DNA from: Octopus vulgaris
Taxonomy: Eukaryota
NCBI GenBank assembly: GCA_951406725.2
Contig: OX597817.1
Span: forward strand, 54,932,001-54,996,000
Direction: 5' to 3'
Length of the DNA stretch: 64,000 nt
The notes under the pieces: generated by a model
Seen by the model: only the letters and a program-made list of their open reading frames with translations
What the model was told of the DNA's origin: nothing
The model's database searches: none
Shown here: piece by piece, positions 14,500-30,099 of the stretch
Position numbering within the stretch: the first letter of the stretch is position 1
Layout: each line of letters begins with the position of its first letter
Translations under genes and position numbers: made by a program

Positions 14500-14810
14500 G
14501 TACCTTATAATCAATATTTCGTGTGTATGACCCCATTTCTAAGAAATTGACGAATGTTGCCGATGTGCGTGTGTGTGAGCATGTGTGGAGTGGACATGCG
14601 CAGAAAGGTGTTGCTATTGCAACCGGCTAGCTTCCTGTAAATCTCTCCTGTTGTTGAGCTTAGGTTTCTTTTGGTGTATGATGATGTCTTCAGAGATTCT
14701 GTGGTTGCCCCTGTCCCGCTGTGTTGCTTTGATGTGCACTATGATTTCCCGGGTCTGGCATTTACGTAGATGATACTTCACGGATGTGTCTGCCTGCATT
14801 TGTTCCTTAA
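14500..14810 (-). mobile_element. Penelope-like element 3' fragment (GIY-YIG C-terminus)
   Basis: SVKYHLRKC...ISEDIIIHQKKPKLN resembles the PLE endonuclease tail (ExxxIxxxKPxLN). Degenerate hammerhead-like GAAATATT ~100 bp downstream. Confidence 0.5.
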
Positions 14811-14953
14811 GTGTATATATATATATATATATAATAGAAATATGTTACAAAAAGAAAATAGAGACTACATGTGGTGATGTAAGGAGAAAGTAAGAAAAAT
14901 TAACGAAAATGTACAATTGTAGATAAAAAAAGAAATGGCGTTTTATGAAAGGT

Positions 14954-15280
14954 CCTAAAGACTCCGCCGGTTACGACGACGAGGGTCCCAGCTGATACGA
15001 TCAACGGAACAGCTTGCTCGTGAAATTAACGTGCAAATGGCTGAGCATTCCACAGACACGTGTACCCTTAACGTAGTTCTCGGGGATAATCAGCGTGACA
15101 CAGAGAGTGACAAGGCTGACCCTTTGAAATACAAGTACAACTCATTTTTGCCAGCTGAGTGGACTGGAGCAACGTGAAATAAAGTGTCTTGCTCAAGGAC
15201 ACAACGCGTCGCCGGGAATCGAACTCACAACCTTACGATCATGAGCCGAATGCCCTAACCACTAAGCCACGCGCCCTCAA
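14954..15280 (-). mobile_element. tRNA-derived CORE-like SINE family C, full length
   Basis: Head GGGCGCGTGGCTTAGTGGTTAGG...GAGTTCGATTCCC; GTGTCCTTGAGCAAGACACTT. TSD TTTATGAAAGGT at 14942-14953 and 15281-15292. Confidence 0.9.
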
Positions 15281-15531
15281 TTTATGAAAGGTAACGACAA
15301 ATATATATACAATTAGATGACCTGAGCCGGTGTTCATTCAAAGCAATGAATACTCTGACGAAACCGCGGTATTCATGAATCTCTTCAATAATTTCATAAT
15401 AATGACTTTTATTACTTTTATTACTACCTCAGTCCATCTAATTGTATATATCTCTCGTTATCTTTCATAAAAGCCTTTTTGTTTTTTTATTTACAATGTG
15501 CATTTTCGTTGATTTTTCTTACTTTCACCAC

Positions 15532-15600
<69 letters not shown>

Positions 15601-15609
<9 letters not shown>

Positions 15610-15969
15610 TTTTATATTTTATCTAGTTTCAGCTCACGAGCTGTGGCCATGCTGGGGCACCGCCATTCGGTGTTGCTACATGATTTTACTTCACGAATGG
15701 TTTCTAGCAATTGCCATTTGGTGCATGAGAGAGTTCGATGCAGCTGACCTCATCTGCACCTCCTGCCGTGAAGTTGGTTCATCTGGGACACCTGACAGGA
15801 AGAGATCCAGTTTTATTTTAAAGACATCTGCATCCACCCCATGCAGGTCTCTCAGGTCCTTCGGGAGGATATTGAAGAGCTGTGGACCACTGAAGCCCAG
15901 GCTATCACAGTATCTTGTCCTACATCTTGATGGCAACTTTGGAGTTCTTGACACTATGCAGTGGCGCAT
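15601..15969 (-). mobile_element. CR1-group LINE 3' end (ORF2 C-terminus and 3' UTR)
   Basis: GPQLFNILPKDLRDLHGVDADVFKIKLDLFLSGVPDEP...AASNSL. The tail GGCGGTGCCCCAGCATGGCCACAGCTCGTGAGCTGAAACTAGATAAAA runs into (TA)n. Confidence 0.85.
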
Positions 15970-16185
15970 ATATTCTCAGTCAAAACTGTCCGACGAATGA
16001 GAACGTGAAAGTCTGCAGCTTTATTAACAAAGCATATTACTCTACCTACGGTACTCGAGTACTATTTTTCCACATTGTTTCACATTTATGTACTTACACT
16101 GTGTATGTGTGTGTTTGTGTGCGTGTGTGTGTGTATGTGTATCTTTCAACTTATTTTCTTCAACACCTCTAATTGTAAGATCTGT

Positions 16186-16276
16186 TCCCTGAAGACGGAG
16201 GCTCGTCTCATCCTACCATGGAATCAATCTGCAAACGTATTCTGGACCACGGAGCCCAGCAGAAACGGCTGTTGGA
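16186..16276 (+). ncRNA. Degenerate type I hammerhead with extended helix II (Penelope-like)
   Basis: tcc-CTGAAGA-cggaGGCTC...GAGCCcagca-GAAAC-GGCT-GTT-gga. Confidence 0.45.
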
Positions 16277-16448
16277 TTAGTAATACATTTCCTCCGCCCC
16301 TTTTATTCTCTACTTCATTCGTATTCTGCGTGAGTTGGACATTTTAAATTGTATACATTCTTGCACTCCCTGTATTTAATAACTTTTATATATTGATCTA
16401 AATTGCATATAACTGCATTTACTTTTATATAAATATATATATAGACAC

Positions 16449-16542
<94 letters not shown>

Positions 16543-16706
16543 TTATCTATATATGTATCTATCTATCTCCCTGTTTCCCTACCTGTCCGTCTTTCTCTAT
16601 GTATATATGTATGTATGTATCTATCTATCTATGCATAGAATTTGATATATATACATAATAAACTCACCCACACATTCTTCACGAATTATTGCATGTATGT
16701 CGATAT

Positions 16707-16752
<46 letters not shown>

Positions 16753-16916
16753 ATATCGACATACATGCAATAATTCGTGAAGAATGTGTGGGTGAGTTTA
16801 TTATGTATATATATCAAATTCTATGCATAGATAGATAGATACATACATACATATATACATAGAGAAAGACGGACAGGTAGGGAAACAGGGAGATAGATAG
16901 ATACATATATAGATAA

Positions 16917-16955
<39 letters not shown>

Positions 16956-16956
16956 T

Positions 16957-17006
<50 letters not shown>

Positions 17007-17007
17007 G
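16449..17007. repeat. ~265-bp-arm near-perfect inverted repeat centred on (TA)n
   Basis: 16449-16712 is the reverse complement of 16747-17007 (e.g. GTCGATATCTACAG / CTGTAGATATCGAC). Confidence 0.95.
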
Positions 17008-17054
17008 GCCAGCATGGCCACAGCTCGTGAGCTGAAACTAGATAAAATATAAAA

Positions 17055-17129
<75 letters not shown>

Positions 17130-17135
17130 CGATAT

Positions 17136-17176
<41 letters not shown>

Positions 17177-17623
17177 GTGTGTGTGTGTGTGTGTGTGTGT
17201 CTGTAAGTATATATATATATATATATGTGTCTGTATGTATGTATATGTATGCATACACTAGCTGTTTGCAGATTAAGTATTTATACAGAAAGAAAATCTG
17301 AATGCTAAAAGCAATGTTAATCTGAAAGCTTTGGGTGATCTTTCATAGGCTTACATAGCTTAATTCTGCACTCTGCACATTACATAAGGATGAAACCATC
17401 ACCGATGTCCGATGCGTTTGCGTTCATGCAATGACAACGATCAGCTCCATAGCAATGGTGTATTTGGAAAGAAATCCATTGGTATTGGATTCCGCGTTTG
17501 TCGCATCTTCGCTTTCGGTAAACACACACACACACCCACATACATGCACACGCAAATACACAAACCCCCACATACGCGCGCAATACACATATAACGAATG
17601 TTTGTATGTATTTTAAAACTGAC

Positions 17624-17662
<39 letters not shown>

Positions 17663-17669
17663 TATCCAA

Positions 17670-17721
<52 letters not shown>

Positions 17722-18043
17722 GTATATATATATATATGATATATACATGCATATATATATAAGTATATCTATGTATAATTATATGTGTGTATACATATGT
17801 AAACACACACCTACACACACACATATATATATACATAGATTTATGTATATGTGTATATATATATATACACATATATATATATATATACATATATATACAC
17901 ATATATATATATACATATATATGTATATATATATATATATATAACTTTTGGGATGTATTTGGGGTACTTAATTGTGCTCATGACTTAATGTTTGCTTCTT
18001 CCATGGGTATCAGTAAGCATTTCATTTATTTCTTTGCCGCATT

Positions 18044-18097
18044 TATCACTGACGAAGAGAAGGTTCTTATGAATTAACTCTGAACTCGGGTCCGATA
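18044..18097 (+). ncRNA. Degenerate type I hammerhead (Penelope-like)
   Basis: tatca-CTGACGA-A-GAG...CTC-TGAAC-TCGG-GTC-cgata; GAAA mutated. Confidence 0.4.
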
Positions 18098-18299
18098 TCG
18101 GAATTTTTCAGAAATTTCTGCAGGCTTTCTTCGGAACGCGTACTTATTGTGATGAATTATACATTACATGGTTATATACATCGATAGATAGACAAAGTTC
18201 CCTTCGGAGGCATAAGTTGTTCATGGAAGACCAGCACTCACCAATGCTTTCCGGCCTCCTCTCTCCCCGCTATTCTTCCTTTTTTTTCTCCAAGAGAAA

Positions 18300-18482
18300 G
18301 GGAATGAACGATATAACTTGGCACCAGTGACGTCGCAACTCATTAACACATCTGAGTGAACTGGAACAACATGAAATGAAGTGTCGTGCTCAAGTACACA
18401 ACACACAGCCCGGTACGGGAATCGAAATCACTATCTCATGATTGTGAAGCCGACGCTCCAACTACTGAGCAATACGGCTTCA
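18300..18482 (-). mobile_element. Degenerate CORE-like SINE (family C head/core)
   Basis: CTGAGTGAACTGGAACAACATGAAATGAAGTGTCGTGCTCAAG...GGGAATCGAA matches 15155-15225. Confidence 0.75.
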
Positions 18483-19008
18483 TTTTGGACGTCATATATA
18501 ACTAAGCAATACAATTCTTTCATCCTGTTTGCATTAGTAGGGTTACAGTAATGTGAATGAGATTAATTATTCAATACTTATAAACGTGGGTATGATAACG
18601 GTATTCGCGGTGACCTTTTGTTCAGTAACGAATAGCATTGTGTTTAACGACGAATACTAAATGTATTAAAAATGTATAACGTAATATCTTAAAGGTAGCG
18701 TGTTCGCATTAGTATACATACCTAGATACGTGGATAGATTGATAGATAGATAGAGAGATAGATAGATAGATATATAAATAGATAGAGAGATCGATACATA
18801 AATAAATAGATAGACAGATAAATAGCTAGATAGCTATACTGATAGATAGATGTAGAGAGATATAGAGATGTAGTTACATACGCACAAATATCAAAGCTTT
18901 ATATTTATGTGTGTGTGTGTGTGTGTATGTCTGTGTATACACAGGCATTAAAAACACGCACGCACACACATACATATACGAACGAACACTCAGTCACACA
19001 CACCCATG

Positions 19009-19039
<31 letters not shown>

Positions 19040-19127
19040 GAATATATATATCTATATATATATATGTATGAATATATATCTATCTATATATATGAATATA
19101 TACATATATATGAATACACACACACAT

Positions 19128-19172
<45 letters not shown>

Positions 19173-19801
19173 CGAGGCAGGCATAAACTTTTGTAGCAAT
19201 GTGATAATTTATGAATAAAAAGAAATGAATTAATAACAATTATATGGTAACTCACCGAGCAAATATTTAAATAGCATTGAATGATTGCGATTCAAAGTTA
19301 CTGGAAACTGTTGGATAAAATCGACTGACCGTTGACCGGAAATAATATAACGATTAAAAACTAGTGAAAATCCAATTAGATTTGATTTGTGTAATTTACA
19401 AATGAACATTACAAATACACATATCTGCAGCGAAGGAAAAATATCTCGATATTAAAAGTTTAAGAAAATATATCGTAAACTTTCAAATTTTACCGAATTA
19501 AACATAAAGGATACATACACAAGCATATAGGCCCCATACGTAAGTAGGTGAACGGTTATTGCCAATTCTTTCTCCTGATGAAGGAATCTGGTGTTTTAGT
19601 AATACCCCTATGCAATCATTTACTGCTTGCACATACATGGCGTTTTGCGCAGTCTATGTGCTAAACACGAACATTACGAATATTACACAATTCCGAGCTT
19701 CACAAAACAGGTGCCGAGTTAAGAAAAATTATGCATTCTCTACTAATATTCAGTATTTTTATGGCCTATGTAAATTTATTCATTTCTTACTCCCTCTCGC
19801 C

Positions 19802-19833
<32 letters not shown>

Positions 19834-19850
19834 TCCCTCTTTCTCAGTTT

Positions 19851-19897
<47 letters not shown>

Positions 19898-20213
19898 AAC
19901 GTATACCGCAGTAAATATTCTTTCGACGAACTTTTTCCCTAAAGTATGATTCATAGATGGCTATTTCATTTGTAAGCTGCTTCTATTGTATATAATATAC
20001 ATATATATACACATATATATACATATATGTATATACATATATATATACATAACATATACATATATATATACGTATATATATATGTATATATTTACACATA
20101 TACATAACATATACATATATATATACCCATGTATATACATACACATATACATATATATAAATGTATATTTATAAATATATATAACATTTATATTTAATAT
20201 AATCATTTCTTCA

Positions 20214-20267
<54 letters not shown>

Positions 20268-21276
20268 TACGTATGCACTTATAAACACACACACATAAAC
20301 ACGCACATATATATACATACACACACACAATCATACATAGTATTTCTTTCCAAATTTCTAAATGTTACAAATCCTGTAACATCTCATAAAGCAGCGTCAC
20401 TCTTGTCATCCCCATGACGTCATCGTTCTCTTTCCCTTCCCTTTCCTCATTGCAGTCATGAATATCTGCCACCATCATAATCGTCTATTTCACTCCTACT
20501 ACCACCACCACCACCACCACCCCGTCGATACACAGGTATCAATGCTTCTGTTGAAGACATTTATTATATTCCACCTTCGTTGTCACAGAGAATTGTGTAC
20601 TCAACTACATGACAATCGCACCATTCTTGCCTTCATCTCTATAACTCACGAGAGAGAGCATATTAGAAGTGGGTGGGGTATGTACACAGTTCACACCCGT
20701 ATGTATACTCATGTATACGCTTACACATGCAGCTCCTAGGCGAAGTATAATAAAATGGTTTTGCTTCGCGATTATAAGATCTAGCGTTCTATCCTTCTAC
20801 GTGACATACTGGCCAAATGCCATTTTCTAAGATTATTTTTATTGATCAAACAAATGAATCCTCGTCGTCAAATGACGAAGAACCTCGAAACACACAGATG
20901 TAATAAAACTACAAATCGACATATCTAATATATTCTCTAATGCGATGTGAAACCGGTTACGTAGTTCTTTTTTTTTCTACTGTCGATGAAGGATACAGGA
21001 ACATTTTTGCCCAGGGTTATATATTTCTAGAAAATGTTTACATCGTTTTACACTTCAGATTGAGCAAGTTATGTTCTTTCTCACTTACCTTTCCTATACG
21101 AGACGTAACTACTCGATGTCTTCGCTGTTCGTTTTCTCATAAACTACAATTAGTTGTCAGTTGAACATTTGGTGTCTCTTGTGTAGAAGAGACACCATGA
21201 TGTCTCATGATGTCGGTGATGACTTTTGAATTACATGGAGGTAGCCTTCAAGGTGATATATTATAAATATTCCTAC

Positions 21277-21350
21277 TCTCCAGCTGGCTATACGACACGA
21301 TCTGTTCGAAAATATAAGGACACAGATCGTGTCGTATAGCCAGCTGGAGA
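21277..21350. repeat. Perfect 29-bp inverted repeat with a 16-nt loop
   Basis: TCTCCAGCTGGCTATACGACACGATCTGT (21277-21305) / ACAGATCGTGTCGTATAGCCAGCTGGAGA (21322-21350). Confidence 0.95.
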
Positions 21351-21831
21351 CGATGTCTCCTGGGGCTAAATTACAGCAACATTCGTCCTAAACCAAGACT
21401 GCCATGTTATGTTGGCAAACGATCTTTATCTCACTTGTTATTGTCTACTTCGGTTGTTTTATCCACAGCTTTGCATGCTTCAAATTATTTTGTTGTTTAT
21501 ATGTATGGCTGTATCTACCCGTGTGTTTATCATTTTATGTAGGAGTATGTGTGTATAAATGCAGGTGTGTGACTGCGTACAACTGTGTATGTAAGGCTGA
21601 TTATTCTTGTCTAAATGCATACCTATCCGTCCTCAAGATAGTGAGTGAGGTATGTCACGTAGTGTGTTACATCATAGCATATATATTTATATGTGTGTGT
21701 GTGTGTGTTTGTGTATGCATATCTATGTACATATATACATGAATACATATACATTTGTGTATCTAACTTTGTGTGGGTATGAGCGCACATGTATATATGT
21801 GTGTGTGATTCAATTTCGACGTGCATTTGTG

Positions 21832-21866
<35 letters not shown>

Positions 21867-22131
21867 TTGTATAGGTGCGGATGTGTTTGCTAGAATTTAA
21901 TTACTTTAATTAAGACAGCCACAGATTTATTAAATGGCTTTTTTTTAGTTTTGTATGAAAATCGTTAAATTCTCTGGTAAAGTACTGGAGTGGAAATATG
22001 GCAGTTCATGATGTGGTCGAGAAGAGAGTCAGAAGGATTGGGATTGTGAAAGAGAAACTGAAAAGGAACGATACAAAAACAGATGTAGATCGATAGATGA
22101 ATAGATAAATAGATAGATGGATAGATAGATT

Positions 22132-22195
<64 letters not shown>

Positions 22196-22357
22196 GATAG
22201 CTGGATAGATAAATATATATAGATAGATAGATAGATGGATGGATAGATAGAGAGATGGATGTATGGATAGATAGATAGATAGATGGAGGGATAAATAGAA
22301 ACATAGATAAATTATTTTTTCCGTGTTAATTGTTAACAAGGGAAAAAAATACACACT

Positions 22358-22432
<75 letters not shown>

Positions 22433-22870
22433 CATAAAAATTCCGGATAAAATCTGTATATGATTGTATGAGGTAGTTAGTATGTAATAAACCGGTTAAG
22501 GTAAAATTAATAAATTAATATATTCGGGCACATGCTTTACAGAGACGGATGTCTCTAAGCTACCTTAAAATTATCCCAATAATTACGCACCGAATTCGGG
22601 CAATGGATCGAAAAAAATTCAGCGAAATGTTTAAGTACAAATCAGTTGATTGCAGGATTTAGGGGAGACCCCTTTTTTCATCATCAGTATATTACAACCC
22701 AGTGAACTTAAAGACGAACAATTATTCATACCCCACAAACACAACGGCTTCACAGAGTAAATACAAATGTTCTTACTTATATACAAATAAAAATTCAGAA
22801 ATCAGTTTCTTTTATATTCAGGCACGTTGAATAACCAAATAATTCAGCAATGAATAAATAAATTCATATA

Positions 22871-23784
<914 letters not shown>

Positions 23785-23820
23785 GTGTATGTATGTATGT
23801 ATATATGTATATACACACAT

Positions 23821-24062
23821 AACTGGTACTCCGTCGATTTCGACGACGATGGCTCCAGTTGACGGATCAACAGAACTGGTTCCCCAGACACGCCTTCCCT
23901 TAACGTAGTTCTCAGGGATATTCAGCGTGACACAGAATAGGACATGGTTAGACAATTTTGAAATACAAGCACAACTTATTTTTGCCAGCAACGTGAAAGA
24001 AAGTGTCTTGCTCAAGGGCTGAATGCCTCGCCGAGAATTGATCTCATGACCTTACAATTGAA
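23821..24062 (-). mobile_element. SINE family C, partial
   Basis: CGACGACGATGG...CCCTTAACGTAGTTCTCAGGGATATTCAGCGTGACACAG...AAGTGTCTTGCTCAAGG; matches 14970-15240. Confidence 0.85.
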
Positions 24063-24069
24063 TATAAAT

Positions 24070-24172
<103 letters not shown>

Positions 24173-24331
24173 CATACTTACATATTTACACAAGCAGAAA
24201 AAAAAAACATAAACATATTATGAAGAGGAAGGAGAATTGGAAGGAGGAGGTGTACGATTAGAATGTATAGAAGTAGGAGGAGTGAGAGTAGGACTAAGGG
24301 TGGAGCAGGAAGAAAAGGGGGAGCTGAACAA

Positions 24332-24410
<79 letters not shown>

Positions 24411-25147
24411 ATAGATAGGTAGATATAGACATATGCCCACAAACATATATATATTCGCACATACATATACATACATATATACCTACATAAATATATACAT
24501 ACTTACCTATATACATAAAATAGGTCGACAGATCGATGAAAACATTGGCATGAAGGACGAGAAACTTTGACATGAAGGGAAAATCGCGAGGGAAAATGAA
24601 ACAATGGAAAGAACCGCAAATATCGTGCGTCCTTGTTCATGTTGGTACTGGCAACCATGTAAGACAATCAAAGAGAGAATATATATCTAGTTAAGGACAG
24701 AAAAGAATTAAAAAAAATATTTCACCCTATTGTTAGATACAGAGGAATTCTGTAGAGAACAAAACAAAATAACAGACGAGAGGAACATGTATATGAATAC
24801 ACAGTGTCTTTTCACATAGGGATTGATGACAAGGTTGAATCAAGAAGTGATTTGTAAAGTTTAACAAAGTGAAAGGAAAGGTCCCTTCAACTGAAACGAA
24901 TGATCGAACTGAATAAACACAAATCTGCCAAGAGAAAAAAGCGATGAAAATGTGTATGAGTTGTACAATGGTCAGTTTAGAAAAAGATGATCGGTAGAAG
25001 AGGTAAGACCTGGTTACAAAAAGAATTTTGGTGTCTTGTTGGAGGCGGAAAATGTACTAAGCGATTGTGGTGATGTGGGAGAGTGAAAGAGAGAGAGAGA
25101 GAGAGTGAGAGAGAGTGTGTGTGTGAGAGAGAGAGAGTGAGAGGGAG

Positions 25148-25179
<32 letters not shown>

Positions 25180-26578
25180 GGAGAGGGAGAGAGAGTGTGT
25201 GTGTGAGAGAGAGAGAGAGAGGAATTGAAACAACGAGAGAGAGAAGTAGCGATGTTCTTGCGTTTGAAAGACATCTTTTATATAGAAATGTACTTTCGCT
25301 GTATAATATGATTTATATAATTATAGAAACATATATAGCACTATACACACTCGCACACACATATATACACACTCGCACACACACATTTACACAAACATAA
25401 AACAAAGACACATCCACAAACACACACGGATACATATTCCTCAATTTCGAACAATTAATTCTAACAAATACTGTGAAGAATATTATGAAGACATCTGATT
25501 ATCTTTATAATACGAATGCGGAGGTGTTGAAATAGCGTTGTTGGAGCAGAATATATCCATGAACAATGCATTAAGAAAGTGCGCAAATATTCCCTTACAG
25601 CTGTTTCTAGAATAGCTGCGCATAATGTGCATTTCTCAGTGAACGAACACTAGCTTTCCATATAATAGCCGTTTATACAGACTTCTGAGGTTATTTGTAG
25701 CTACCAGATCCATCGCCAAAAAGCGAATGGCGACTTATTTTAGCATTACATCATTAAACGCGATTTTATCTGTATTCCGTGTCTCACTTCCTTTCTTTTT
25801 ATCGTGAAAAACCGAGGAGATAATTTGCGTCTCTTGTTTGCAAAACCTTACCTCAAACATTTCTTAAATACGGATGTATTGAATAAGAACGAAACTGAAG
25901 CATGCGTTTCTGTCAGTTTGATTTATGAAACACTGGAATGTATTGGTAGAGCATGGCAAAGTCAAATCAACTGAAATGCAGAAAAATGAATGAATGATGG
26001 AATATGAGATGAGGGGAGAGGAAATTGGGAGAGAGTTTTGTAAATCTGGGTGAGTGAAACATGGAATGAAGGAGAAGTGGAAGAAGAATTAGATATAAGA
26101 AGAAAGCAGAAAGAAAACAACACAGAAAAATATAATGAAGAGGAAAAAGAGAGAAAAAGGAAGGAGAGGGTGTACGATTAGAATGGAGTAGGAGGAGTGA
26201 GAGTAGGACTAAGGGTTGAGTAGGAGGAAAAGGGGGAGGTAAACAAAACAAAAAATTGAAAAAGAAGACACGAAGAACAAAGATGAAAAGAATGAAGACA
26301 TCTACCATTGCTGCTGCTGCTCCTCCCCATCCTCCCCATCCTCCTCTTCCTACTACTACTACTACTACTACTACTACTGTCGAAGACGGGATTTAGAGGG
26401 GTGTAGTGGTAAGAGAGTTACAGAATAGGCAAAGAAGGAACGGTGGTGGTGTAGAGTGAGGTGGGAGGGAAGGTGGTGGTGGTGGTTGTGTTCTTTTCCT
26501 CATTGGTCGGAAGAGGTGTGGGTATCAGGGAGAAATCAGAGTAAGGCTGAATATATCATGGAGATGAAGACACATAAG

Positions 26579-27615
<1,037 letters not shown>

Positions 27616-28130
27616 AAAGAAGTAAACAAGCTACGAAAAATAAAGTAAAATATGATTTAAGTGATGTAAGGAGAAGAAAGAAAAAAAGAAAGAGAGTTTT
27701 CGAGAATATGGAAGGTTTTAAACACACAATTTAAGCTGAAAGACGGCAGGCTAAGTTGGACGTGGAGAATGAATGTAGGCTGCTATTAGAGAATGTCTTT
27801 ATTGGAAGTAGATTGGACTCAAGTGGCGACCTCTCGTGTAGAAAACAAGTAGAGAAATTGGAGAGTTGCTGAGTTAAGTAGGGAAAAATAGGAAAGATAA
27901 AAATTACTGACAATATGGCGTCTGGACAAACCTCAGTAATGTTTTACCATGAAGAGATGTCTTCTCGAATAAATTGCATTGCGTGGTGTAGCATTAAGTC
28001 GGTGTCTGTATGTGTGTGTTTGTGTGTTATAGAATCTTATGTGTTATGTATTATATACGCGCTTTGTTTCGTGTATGTATATCCATATGTATAATATGTG
28101 TGTGTTTCTACACACACACACACACACACA

Positions 28131-28176
<46 letters not shown>

Positions 28177-28519
28177 TTTGTGTGTGCGTATGTGTATGTA
28201 TATGTGCGTGGTGTTTGTGTTTGAATATGTATTTATATATTTTCGTGTCAGTTTGACTATGTAAGGGTGTAAATAGATTTGTATAAAAAAGATATGTAAT
28301 GGATAAAATTATAGATGTGCGTAAATGTGTATGTAGATATTCCCGAACGTATACACATACATATACACACATATATATACAAACTCACTTGCATATATGT
28401 ACGTGTATGTGTATGTGTGTGTATTCATATAAATATATCTATCTATCTATTTGTACATATATGCATATATATGTATATATATGTATAATATGTATATATA
28501 TATAAGTATATATATATAC

Positions 28520-28589
<70 letters not shown>

Positions 28590-29703
28590 GAGTGTGTGTG
28601 TGTATGTAAATATATACACACATATGCGTGTAGTTAATATTATACCCTCGAAAATGCTATACATGAATATACTCAAAATATTGAGTGTATACACACGCAT
28701 ACATACATATACATATAAATACGTACATATATGCATACACACACACACACACACACACACATATAGAAACATACATATACACATAAACGTATTACGTACA
28801 TTCACTTATAAAGGAAGTGGGCGGAATAACTGTAGGGCCAACCAGAAATAAATAAAAATTATATGTAATTTAAAAACGGACCAATATTGAATGAGAAAGT
28901 AGGAGGAGAGTGCGTAAGGCAGAATTCCACGGAAAATGCCATATTTTTATGTTTAAGTCAGACAGCTTCCATTCCCATTCGCAGCAAATTCGATTACAAC
29001 TCTTATATGTTTGCTACGGGGCTGGATGCTAAAACACTCTATTTTACGCCCTTAAGAAAATAAATATTCTACACTTTCTGATGGGTAAACTCTGAGTTCA
29101 AACTTTAGATGAGATGACTTGATATATAAACAATTGTTGAAGTGTATATACATATATGGGTACATGCACTCATCTCTAATATCCAGTCTGTAGGTTTTCT
29201 TTCATACCCGTTGACATAGATGCATTGCGCTATGTCACAAGATAAAATCCCCAGAAATTTCTATTTCCCGAAGAAGGTTCAAACCAAGTTGGTTTATATT
29301 CTACGAACATAGGAGCTTAATGGTAAATCGAACATGTGTGACACTATATTAACTAGAGTTATGTTATGGTTGGAAGATATTCTGCTATTTTAATTCTACA
29401 TAAGTTCTCAAGAGAGCTTAACATCAGGTCTACAGAGAAAAACACTCACCCGCACCTTAAGCAAGTGGTTTGACACTTAACTTCTAACACTCTAATGACG
29501 TCCATGTAGTTACTCTTGTGGGGCCCTTCTACTAACGCATTTCGGCCACTTGGATGTCGGAGAGTTGAGCATTTGATCCGCTTGGAGAGTTCATGTGAGT
29601 GGAAAACCTCTACGTTGACACAGCTTTCAAACTTACATACTACAGTAAGAAATAACTCTGGTTGTCAAGAGTGCACACGAAAATCAACGCGTTGAAGTAC
29701 TAG

Positions 29704-30066
29704 AATATTCTTTCCTACTCTTGGCACAAGGCCCAAAATTTTGGGGGTTAGGACCAGTCGATTAGATCAACCCCAGTACGCAAAGTCGACTGCGGCAGAA
29801 TTTGAACTCAGAACATAGCGACAGACGAAATATCTATTCCTTTACTACCCACAAGGGCTAAACACAGAGGGGACAGACAAGGACAGACAAACAGATTAAG
29901 TCGATTACATCGACCCCAGTGCGTAACTAGTACTTAATTTATCGACCTCGAAAGGTTGAAAGGCAAAATCGACCTCGGCGGAATTTGAACTCAGAATGTA
30001 ACGGCAGACAAAATACCGCTAAGCATTTCGCTAGGTGTGCTAACGTTTCTTTCAGATCGTCATCTT
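29704..30066 (-). mobile_element. SINE family A tandem dimer carrying two different tails
   Basis: Two core units joined at GACGAAATATCTATTCCTTT. The distal unit ends in the alternative tail CCCCCAAAATTTTGGGCCTTGTGCCAAGAGTAGGAAAG. Confidence 0.85.
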
Positions 30067-30099
30067 AAAAATACTAGAATATTGCCATCAAATGGTATA

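Noticed and set aside
15347-15373. CTGACGAAACCGCGGTA hammerhead-like string
   Set aside because: Helix II is absent and the cleavage triplet and helix I cannot both form; at best a deleted remnant.
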